From Batkoa obscura (taxonomy: Eukaryota), in NCBI GenBank assembly GCA_030770535.1, contig JASVEC010000026.1, positions 496,001 through 560,000 on the forward strand: a stretch of 64,000 nt of DNA. Reading direction: 5' to 3'. The translations under genes and the position numbers were made by a program. The notes beneath the pieces were generated by a model. That model saw nothing but the letters and a program-made list of their open reading frames with translations, ran no database searches and was not told the origin of the DNA. Shown one piece after another: positions 1 through 10,405 of this stretch (position 1 is the first letter of the stretch; each line of letters starts with the position of its first letter).

Positions 1-48
1 TATTATTATTATTATTATTATTAGTTATTTACTTTTTATTATAAATAG

Positions 49-709
49 TATATTATTAGATCAAAACATGCATATTAAAATTACGGATTTTGGTTCAGCA
101 AAAATATGTAACAATCCAACTACAACCACGACGATTATGAATGAAACTAAAATAAGTAACTATTATTATATTTTAGTAGCAAAACTTGTAATAATAACAT
201 GATATTATTTTATTTTATTAGACAAAACAAATTCATTTGTAGGAACAGCTCATTATGCTAGTCCTGAATTACTAGAAGATAAAGATGCAAATCAATCTTC
301 TGATTTGTGGGCCTTAGGTTGTATTTGTTATCAATTTTTAACTGGAATTACACCATTTGATGCTAATAATGATTATCAAATCTTTCAAAAAATTGTAGCT
401 TTAGATTATAAATTTACAGATAATATATTACCTATTGAAAAAGATTTTATTCAAAAATTATTAGTAAGTTTTATATCATTATTACTAGTTTTTTATAATT
501 AATATATTTTTTAGGTTAAAGAGCCAGAATCTAGATTAGGTGCTTTAGATTTTGATTGTTTGAAGCAGCATCCTATATTTGATAAGATTGATTTTAAAAA
601 TTTACATAATCAATTACCTCCTCCTTTAAATATTAAACCACCTACAATTGATAATTTTAATGAAGAAGAATGGTTTCATTTAGATGAAAATAAATTGCCT
701 TTAGTTTAA
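49..709 (+). CDS. 3' part (3 exons) of a PDK1/Pkh-family AGC Ser/Thr kinase; 5' end lies outside the window
   Basis: Spliced translation ILLDQNMHIKITDFGSAK / TNSFVGTAHYASPELL / DLWALGCICYQFLTGITPF / KLLVKEPESRLG; GT-AG introns; TAA at 707-709. Confidence 0.85.
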
Positions 710-783
710 TTAAAATATACAAACTATCGATTACAATAATTTATATTAATTTTGTATATTAATAATTAATAATTAATAATAAC

Positions 784-890
784 ATATGAGGGTATTTTTT
801 TTGGTTTCATAACTTTTTCCGTTTTTTAAGCACTATTTGAATGGAAAAATTGCTAGTAAAATTCTTAAATAAAAAAATACATCCTCATAT
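784..890 (+). mobile_element. ~100-bp MITE, copy 1 (between convergent kinase and MsrA 3' ends)
   Basis: ATAT-GAGGGTATTTT...TACATCCTC-ATAT; matches the family consensus. Confidence 0.85.
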
Positions 891-950
891 ATTTAATATA
901 GTATAAAAGATAAGGATAAGGATAAGGATAAGACTATAAACTAACTATAT

Positions 951-1496
951 TTACCAATAAATTCGATGATTACAATAACCGCCTGGATTATTTGATAAAT
1001 AATTTTGATGTTCTCTTTCTGCTATATACCATTTATCAAAAGGAGTAATTTGAGTCACAATTTCATTTTTCCATTTATCTTTAACTTCTAATTTAACTTT
1101 TTCAGCTATTACTTTTTGTTCCTCATTATGGTAAAAGATAGCTGAACGATATTGACTACCCCGATCGTTACCTTGTCTAAAAATATAAATAAGAATTCAA
1201 TAAATAAATAAATAAATAAAAACTTACTTATTTAATGTGGTTGGATCATGAATTCTAAAAAAAAAGTGAACTAAATCTTTATATCCAATTTGATTAGGAT
1301 CAAATTCTAATTGTACTGCTTCGGCATAACCCGTTTTACCACTACATACTTGACGATAAGTAGGATTTTCAATATTACCACCAGTATATCCAACGGAAGA
1401 TTTAATAATTGCTTTACCAAATTCTTTTTTGAAATAATGTTCAATACCCCAAAAACATCCTCCTGCTAAAGTAGCTAATTGAGTAAGAGTACTCAT
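951..1496 (-). CDS. msrA: Peptide methionine sulfoxide reductase A (2 exons)
   Basis: GGCFWG active-site motif, [44 protein letters not shown]. Confidence 0.95.
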
Positions 1497-1874
1497 TGTT
1501 ATTATTTGTTTTTATTTGTTATGGAATTAGAAGAATGTTGAATTGAAGATTATGAGCTATACTTTTTATAATTATTATTTGGATGACCTCATCTAAGACG
1601 GAAATTAGTCTAAGTTAATTTGATTTTTATTGGTGAGTTCAATGCTTGGTAAGAATTTTTTATTAGTAATATCGATTTTAATTAAATTAAATTTTATATT
1701 AAATTAAATTTTTAATTTATTACAATTTTATTCAATTATTTATTTATAAAAGATAAAATGAGTTGAAAATAAAAAATAAAAAATAAAAAATAAAAAATAA
1801 AAAATAAAAAATAAAAAATAATAAAAAATAATAAAATAATAAAATAATAAAATAATAAAATAATATAAAATTTA

Positions 1875-3890
1875 TTAATTTAAACAATCTCTTTTAATAT
1901 CAATAAATCCACCTTCAGCGATATCATATTCAACTAATAACTGATTGACAGTAGAATTTTGTCGATAAATTAATTCCAAATGTGGTATTGCTGGTTTTCC
2001 TTGAGATACTTTAATAAGATATCAATAAAATATTATAAAAATACAAAATAAAAATTCATTACCTAAAATGGCACTATTTAATTTATTACCCAATTGTTCT
2101 CTAGATTCAATATTTAATAAATGTTTATTATTACATAAACTTAAATCTTTATATGCTAATAACGAAAATAAATCCTAAAATACATTATAAGAAATTAATA
2201 AATAATAAAAGTAAACTTACAGTTAAACAATTTTTGATTTCTGGATTATTAGATGAATTATATTGTTGATATAATTCATTACAAAAATTTAAACAAGATT
2301 CAATACTTTGACTATTATTATTATTGTTATCTTTATTATTATTATTGATGTTAATATTATTTAACTCATCAATTGATTGATATTTTTTTAATCCGTATAA
2401 TTCTCGCATCATTTCAATAAATAAGCGACAATTTAATTGAAATAAAATCATTTCATTACTTTGAAATACATTTGGATAATAAAATTTAGTAGCTTCAATA
2501 CTTTTTTCAATTTCTCCTTGTAAAATATATTCTTTAATACCTTTTAAAAAATAAAATTATTAATTAGAAATCGATTATTATTAGTATTATTAATATTAGT
2601 TAATTTATTATTATTATTATTATTGAATTATTTAAAAAAAATTAATCAAAAAATAATTACTTTGTCGTCGTTGAATATCTTCTTGTTTATTTTCTTTTAA
2701 TTGTGCAATTATTTTATTCCTTATATTATGTTTCATAGTAATATCTTCCATTTCTTCAAGTTGACTTATATCAATATTTAAACAATTTTTAACTAATTTA
2801 TAAGCAGTTGAAATATAACCATGATGAATTAAATAAGAACAAATTAAAAAGGAGATTGCTGAATTGTTATCTTCTTTTTGTTCATCTAAATTAATTTTAC
2901 TTTCACTAATTAATTTCCATATTTTATTTTTTTGTTCCTAATTGAATTATTATTATTATATTAATATTAATATTATGTTATTAAATAGTTTACTTTATAA
3001 TATTGTTCAATATCAAACTTGAATTTATGATGACCAAAATTCAATTCAATTTCAATACCATGAGTTTTTAAACCAATACAAGGTAATAAATCTTTTTTTA
3101 TATCTTTAAATGCAGTACCTATTAAGTTGAAAATATATAAAATTCGTTATAAAATTAATTTATTTAAAAAATAGTTAAAAAATTTACCAAGATTAACTCC
3201 ATTTCTAGTAAAAAAGATAGTATTTGTATAATAATTAATACCACAACCTAATATATCTTTTTCCACAAATTTGGTACCATACATTTGTAATTTATTATTA
3301 GAATAATATAAGGTATTATCATTTAAATGAAATCCATAACTATTTAATTCATTCCCTTATTTAATTATTATTTCTATTCTTTTTTTATTATTATTATTAT
3401 TATTAAAATTTACCTGGTAACTTATTAAATTTAATATCTGAGGTACATAATCCAACTACCAAAATACTAATAACAATGTTTGACAAATATTATTCTATTA
3501 TTTGATATTTTAAAAACAAAGTTTACTTATTATCTTTAAAATTCTTCAACTCCATCTCAAAATAATATACTCCACATTTACCCGGTATCGAATTGTTGGT
3601 TTTAATAACTACTAAATCATTATCCTCTTTACCTATCAAGTTTAGAATGAATACAGACCTTTAATTCCAATTTTAATTTTAATTTTACCTACATATTTTA
3701 ATTGATTACCCATTGAGTTTAATTCCATTAAACTATTTCTTTCTTTTAAATTTAAACTGGAAGGTAAATAATCTCTTTTATATGGGAGTTCTTCAGAAGG
3801 ATTTTGTTTGTTTTGTAACCAAGTGGAAAATGAACTATCTTTTAAATAATAAGGTACAAAATGATTTGACAATTCGGAAGTTGGTGACAT
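1875..3890 (-). CDS. RanBP9/RanBP10 (Gid1/Vid30)-like CTLH-complex subunit, multi-exon, SPRY-LisH-CTLH-CRA
   Basis: SPRY motifs (TNNSIPGKCGVYYFEM, DIVGCGINY, FFTRNGVNLG, LNFGHHKFKFDIEQY), LisH (LICSYLIHHGY), CTLH (ILQGEIEKSIE...LFQLNCRLFIEMMR); GT-AG introns. Confidence 0.85.
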
Positions 3891-4101
3891 GATTGATAAG
3901 ATTTCCTTTTTTTTAACTATTCGGGATGAAAAGGGGTTTGATTTAAGTGCTTATTTTGTTCAAACTTCAAAACTACTGTTGACGTATTTTGTAAAACAAA
4001 TAAATTCAAGTTTCAAAACTCAAAATTGAAATAAAAAATGAGTTGAACTTTAACTAGTTGAGTTTTAACGTTTGTTTAATTTGGTATTTTTAATAATTTA
4101 G

Positions 4102-4560
4102 CCTAATCAAAAGATAATACGTGATTTAGCAACAGGAGAACGTGTAGGATACCCAACTTATGAAACGTATACATTGATCTATTATAGTGATAAGTTTGAG
4201 TTTGGTATACCTTCCGCATGTCCTGAAGAGTGGAAAGAAGGTCATATTGAAGTCGAAATTCATCCAATTAATGGTATTGAAAATATCCTAAATCATTATT
4301 TGAATGATAAAATGCTTCCCAATAATAGTAGGATGTATTCTCACTTTTTTGTATTACAAAATAATATTTGTCATATCTATATACCGGGTAGAATTTTCTT
4401 TAAATATCATAATATTTTGGATATTGAAGAAGATCAATATAATTTTTTTATAACAAGATTGAAATATCATCAAAATATGTTGATGGAAGCAATAAGTAGA
4501 TTTACTTCTGAAGAGTTTGCTAATATTGAATTGGTTATTAATCTGGAACATGAAGATTGA
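4102..4560 (+). CDS. Hypothetical protein exon (~150 aa), no recognisable family; start not defined
   Basis: Open frame from a TTTAG acceptor at 4097-4101 to TGA 4558-4560; protein-like composition. Confidence 0.45.
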   Translation, partial: PNQKIIRDLATGERVGYPTYETYTLIYYSDKFEFGIPSACPEEWKEGHIEVEIHPINGIENILNHYLNDKMLPNNSRMYSHFFVLQNNICHIYIPGRIFFKYHNILDIEEDQYNFFITRLKYHQNMLMEAISRFTSEEFANIELVINLEHED

Positions 4561-4936
4561 TATAATTATATAGATATTGATAATTCATATATAATTAGAC
4601 ATGTAGATGGGGGTGATATTATAAGCTCCGGGATATGAGAATGTTCCAATAATTCACAATGAATTGAATGCTCAGCTTGATTTAATTTAATTTAATTTAA
4701 AATAAAACTCCATATTTATCAAATATCAACTTTCAATTTTCCTTTATTTAAAAATAACATTTACTGTACTTCTGCATAAAACGTCCAGCATTGACTTTAT
4801 GTTTGGAAATTCCATCTATTTATTTCTCCTTTGTCTTTTAAATTGAATTACACATCATATCGTCATCTTATTTTATTAAATGATTAGTCAAAAATTTTAA
4901 AAATGTAGATTTAAGAAAATAATAAATAACAGTCGG

Positions 4937-5009
4937 GCTCCGTTAGCTCAGTTGGCAGAGCGTGGTGCTAATAACGCTAAGGTCATAGGTTCAAGCCCTA
5001 TACGGAGCA
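4937..5009 (+). tRNA. tRNA-Ile (anticodon AAT), intronless
   Basis: Acceptor stem GCTCCGT/ACGGAGC, D-arm AGCTCAGTTGGCAGAGC, anticodon arm TGGTG-CTAATAA-CGCTA, T-arm ATAGG-TTCAAGC-CCTAT, downstream T-tract. Confidence 0.95.
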
Positions 5010-5075
5010 TTTCAGGAGGCTCGTAATAAGCCGCTTCTTTTTATATAAGAATATATAACTTATTGATAAACAAAT

Positions 5076-5182
5076 ATATGTGGATGTTTTTTTTGGTTTC
5101 ATCACTTTTTCCATCTTTTAAGCGTTATTTGAGTGAAAAAATTGTTAGTAAAATTCTTAAACACAAAAATACATCCCCATAT
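5076..5182 (+). mobile_element. MITE copy 2, just downstream of tRNA-Ile
   Basis: ATAT-GTGGATG...CATCCCC-ATAT. Confidence 0.9.
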
Positions 5183-5527
5183 GGTGAAACTTTATCGAAA
5201 TATTTAATATTAACTGTATTAAATATATAGTTTATTTAATTCTGTAATATTTAAAAAGATGAAATTTAATAAATTTAATTTAAAATATACTTTACTACAT
5301 TATTTAACTATTAAGTCAATACATTTATATTATAAATTGTTTTAACTTAATCTCCCTACCAGTCTATAAATTATACATTAACCTTACAACTGGATCCATT
5401 TTCTGTTTTAAAATAACAATAATCTTATATCAATAATCATCAAACCAATTTATAAATATCAACAAACAATCTAAATAATAAAAACCCTCAATACAAACAC
5501 AAAATATTCGATGGTAAAAAAATTAGT

Positions 5528-6315
5528 TTATTTTTTAGCGCTTGCTTTTAAAGCTTGGTTGGATTTATAAACTAAAACATCTTCTAAAACTAAATAAAAA
5601 AAAAGAAGATATTAAAACATTACATAATACAATAAATATAATATCTACCATTAAGATTATTTCTTTTTTTAGCAATAGTATCTTGTAAAGTAGCTAAGTT
5701 AGCTTGTATCTCTTTGACTTTTTTATCATAATAAGTTTTAGCCGAAGGTATTGACTAATTTGGATCAACATTCTTAATAAATTTAAACAGAAATAAAAAT
5801 AATTAATAAAGCTACCTTTTCAACATAATAACCAGTACCAACGTCCACAACAACTTTTTGAACATCTCTTAATTGACCAGGTACATAAATGTGTTAATAA
5901 GTTAAAGATTAATAATACATTATAATTATATATTTTAGTTAGTATTATTATTATTATTTATAAAAAAAAAGGATATTGAACTTGTAAGTGGTACTAAGAT
6001 TTGGTTATCTAAATATGGATTAAAATTAAGATTTAATATTCAATTATGCTTATTTTTTTATATAATTACCTTTATTCCCTTCATTAATTTCATTTAAATT
6101 TGTTTTACATTCTAAAAATGTAACTTGAGCTTGTTTTAATTTATTAAATGAAGTGGAAAAATGAGAGATTTCCTAAATGTTCATAATTTAATCCAGTTTC
6201 AAATTAATGTTATATTTCGTTTTACTTCTCTTAATTGTTCTCTAACTTGCTCCAGTTGTTGTTGTGGTAAAGAAGCCAAATCTATCATCTCTGGATTTTT
6301 ATCTTGTGTTGCCAT
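5528..6315 (-). CDS. GIM5: Prefoldin subunit 5 (alpha type), 6 exons, one AT-AC intron
   Basis: Spliced [34 protein letters not shown]-terminal [18 protein letters not shown]. Confidence 0.93.
5891..5976 (-). other. U12-type (minor spliceosome) AT-AC intron in prefoldin 5
   Basis: Minus strand: 5' ATATCCTTT, branch site TCTTTAAC ending 10 nt before the 3' end, terminal AC; removal restores PLTSS-IYVPG in frame. Confidence 0.9.
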
Positions 6316-6481
6316 TGTTTTCTAGTTGTTACTTTATTTAAATTCGAAAGATAAAGTAAAAAGCATTTTCAATTGTTTTTTTAAAAATAATTTCGATGTT
6401 GATATTTTGCTCGATATTTTAAACCAATGATAGTTCATTGGCTTTCATCTTTATCCAAATTATAAGTTTACTTTTTTAAAG

Positions 6482-8377
6482 ATGGCAAGTGAATTGGAAA
6501 ATCAAGTAAATATAAATGAAAAGGAGACAAAAGGAGACTCAATAGAACCTCAACAACATATAAAATTATTATTAGAAAATAGTAAAAAAAGAGCATTAGC
6601 TTTATTTCCTGAAAATAAACAAGTGGTAGATACTAAGTTAGAAGATATACCGGCAAGGTAAATAATTTAATTGAAATTTACTATACTTTTTTAAATGATT
6701 TTATTTTGAAATATTTAGTCAAAAAATAAAATTATCTGTGAAAATAAAAGATGAATATCATAACCTAAAACAACTACCAAAATCTTTAACTAAACAACAG
6801 AATAAAGTAGAACAAGATAAAGTAGCAGGTAAGCTAATTAGTTATTAAATTGTATCATTAATTTATTTTTATTCTCATTTTATCCAGTTGAAGATGAAGA
6901 TTTATCAATAGAAAATGAAAGTGTGACAAACAATGCATTAAATCAATTATCCATTAATCAAGAGTAATATCATTTTATTATACCAAACTAATTTATTAAT
7001 TTTTATTTTAAAGTACACAAATGGATGCTTCAGCAGGGGTATTAACTTTATTAAATAAAAAAAGTAATACTTCTAGTATATTTGGTACTGGTGAAGGGGG
7101 CGCTTTAATTAAACGTCGAGAAATTGATCGAGTTAAACCAGAATGGCATGCTCCTTGGAAACTTATGAGAGTAAGAATAATAAATAACCTATTTTAACTA
7201 ATATAAGTTAATTTAAATTTAGGTGATATCAGGTCATTTAGGTTGGGTAAGGTCCATTGCTGTTGAACCTGGTAATAAATGGTTTGCTACCGGTTCTGGT
7301 GATAGAACAATAAAAGTAATTATTTTATTTTATTTTAATGTTAAATAATGTTATTTATTAAATAATAATAAATAGATTTGGGATTTAGCATCTGGAACAT
7401 TAAAATTATCATTAACTGGTCACATAAGTACTGTAAGAGGTTTAGGCGTATCCCCCCGTCATCCTTATTTATTTTCTTGTGGTGAAGATAAAATGGTGAA
7501 ATGTTGGGATTTAGAATATAACAAAGTGATTCGACATTATCATGGCCATTTATCTGCCGTATATGCCTTAGACATACATCCCGTATTAGATGTGCTTGTA
7601 ACAGCAGGTAGAGATTCTACCGCAAGGGTATGGGATATGCGAACCAAACAATGTATTCATACATTAACCAGTCATCGTGGTACTATACCAACAGTTAAAT
7701 GTCAAGAAGCGGATCCACAAATTATTACTGGATCTATGGATGCGACTGTCAAATTATATGATTTAGCGGCGGGTAAAACTTTACATACACTTACACATCA
7801 TAAAAAAGCGGTTCGAGCTATTGATTTACATCCAAGAGAATTTTCTTTTGCATCGGCTTCTCCGGATAATATTAAACAATTTAAATGTCCTGAAGGTAAA
7901 TTTATTCAAAACTATTCGGGTCATGATGCTATTATCAATTCTCTTTCAATTAATCAGGATAATGTGATGGTTACTGGTGGTAAGTTTAAATAATAGAAAA
8001 TGCAATATAATATATTTATTTATTATTATTGTTTTATTTAGGTGATAATGGTAGTTTAAAATTTTGGGATTGGAAAAGTGGATATAATTTTCAAACAGTG
8101 GAATCTTTACCTCAACCTGGATCTTTAGATTCCGAAGCGGGTATCTTTAGTTCTTCTTTTGATAAAACAGGTTTAAGATTTATTACTGGGGAAGCAGATA
8201 AAACTATTAAAATTTGGAAGGTAAATTTTAATAATATTGATGAAGTTTGATGGGTTCTATTTATTTATTTTATTTTATTTTTTATTTTATTTTTATTTTA
8301 TTTAGGAAGATGATCAAGCTACTCCAGAATCTCATCCTATTGATTGGAAACCTTCTTTATTTAAAGAACGTTATTAA
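6482..8377 (+). CDS. PRP46: WD40 splicing factor Prp46/PLRG1, multi-exon
   Basis: [94 protein letters not shown]. Confidence 0.96.
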
Positions 8378-8637
8378 ATTATACAAAATTTTAATTATTA
8401 TATTTATATTATGCTATTATTATAATTTTTTCATTATCATTTTGTTATATTATTTAATTCAATTCAATATTATCATAAAAGTAAAATACCTAAAAAAGTG
8501 TGAAATAATAAAAATTAAATAAATGTTAAAAGACAATAAATTTTATTTAATCTAAAATAAAATGATACAACATAAAAACAACTTTTAAAAGCTTTAAAAA
8601 AAGGAATAAAATCAATTACTCAATTTAACTCTTAATT

Positions 8638-9923
8638 TTAAAACTTGGAATGAATTCTAGAATCAGATACTTTAATATCTGGTTCTAATAAATCTTTCAA
8701 TCCATGAGATGGAGGTGAACTAATACTATTGGAATGAATTTGTCCTCCACGACTATAAATTTTAGCTTCATTATGACTACAAGTAGAAAACGTAGATAAG
8801 GTTGGTGATTTACAACTAGGAGTATCTGCATTTATATTTGATTCTGTTAATATAGTATGATGATTAAAATAACTTGAGCTTGTAGAGGATCTAGTAAACA
8901 CACTAGTCATACTAGGAAAATGATCTAAGGAAAAATTTCTTCTTGGATGGATAGAGTCTTTTTTTGGTAATGGTGGTGAACGACTATAAAATTTACCTTG
9001 ATTTTCATTATTACTTGTATAACTGTTATTAGTATGACTATTGGGTGATAACTGACCCATTTGAGTTTTATAGCCTACTTTAAAATAATCAATGTTTTCT
9101 TGTTCTTGTATTGAATTAAACTCTTTAGAAATCTTTGAAATACCCTCTGGTGATTTCGTTCTCATTGAATAAGGAGAATAAAGCGGCGTGGGTGGGGATG
9201 AAGGTACTGAAGCTGAACTTCTTGAAGGTGCTACTTCTTTTTTTGCTATAATTTTATCTGATAATGAATAAAATAATTGAGGTAAATCATCAATCAATAC
9301 ACTTCTTAATTTGGTTTCTATTTGAGATTGTAAAAAGGATCGAATTGGTTCTAAATCATCAAAAGAGGAGCTGATTTCTATCCCAACAAGTGGATCATTT
9401 TTAAACGATAAGGCTATCCCTGTACTTTTTGAAAGTGATAATGTTATAATTCCTCTTAACTTTAACTGACTTAATTTTAATAACATTGGCATAATTAAGG
9501 GTTGATGAGCTGCAAGTATCCCTCTTCTCGCTTGAAGACTTACTTCTGAATTGATGATAACTGGGTTAACTTGTAATTTTGTTGTTAATTCTATAAAAGC
9601 ATCCCCATTATAAGTTAATTTTAATATGCCTTTGAATTTATCTTCAGATAACTCTCCTATTTCTAATATTTCTAATTCTGGTGCCTACAATAAATTAAAG
9701 ATTAAATACATATTTGAATTAACATTTATAAAATTCTCAAAAGAACTTAGATTTGTAATAAGTTATTAAAACTTACTATTGTACCAAAGTTAAGTTCTTT
9801 AACTACAATTTTATCCGCTACCATAGCTGGTCTTGTGCCTTTATTTAAAGCATTGGTTAGCATATCTTGAGCTTTATCATAAAACTCTTGTGGAAAATCG
9901 GACCATTTAAAATTAAAAGCCAT
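8638..9923 (-). CDS. MDM34: ERMES subunit Mdm34 (SMP domain), 2 exons
   Basis: MAFNFKWSDF...ALNKG...IVVKELNFGT|APELEILEIGELSEDKFKGILKLTYNGDA...PMLLKLSQLKLRGII...FKNDPL...SSSFD. Confidence 0.92.
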
Positions 9924-10231
9924 TGAAAAATATAGAAATTTAAACGGATGAATTTACAATTGACATATAAAATGAAAAATTCAAAACATTAACTTTGGGT
10001 TGACTAAAATTTTGTAACTTTTACCCCACCAACCATTTGATTTTGAAACCTAATTTGTAAATTTGAGTTATAAAGTTGGACTCTAAATTTCTAGATTTTA
10101 AGAATAAACCATAGATTTCAAATCTCATAATGAGATCCTAACTTCACCATTGACCAATCAAATATTACTCAAAGAGGTTTCAAAAGGTTTCAGAATCCCA
10201 CTAATTAAAAATCCCAATGTCTCAAATGAGC

Positions 10232-10239
10232 TATAAATA
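10232..10239 (+). promoter_or_regulatory. TATA box upstream of U4 snRNA
   Basis: TATAAATA about 35 nt upstream of the inferred U4 5' end. Confidence 0.5.
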
Positions 10240-10266
10240 GGCCCAACTTGACATCCGATAAACTTT

Positions 10267-10405
10267 ATCCTTGTGCACGGGTAAATCCAGACCTATGAAG
10301 TACCTACTGAGGTTGGATCATTGCTGGTTGAAAACTAAGCATCCGATGACCCACAATAGATCCTTGTTAAGATCTATTGTAATCTTTGGAAGGAACACTG
10401 TTCCT
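10267..10405 (+). ncRNA. U4: U4 spliceosomal snRNA
   Basis: 5' ATCCTTGTGCACGGG (U6 stem II partner); 5' stem-loop ATCCAGACCT..AGGTTGGAT with tandem-GA kink-turn; TGCTGGTTGAAA (stem I); 3' hairpin ACAATAGATC/GATCTATTGT; Sm-like AATCTTTGG; terminal hairpin GGAACA/TGTTCC. Confidence 0.9.

Noticed and set aside
1440..1470. Selenocysteine-containing MsrA
   Set aside because: The active-site codon is TGT (Cys) in GGCFWG, not TGA.
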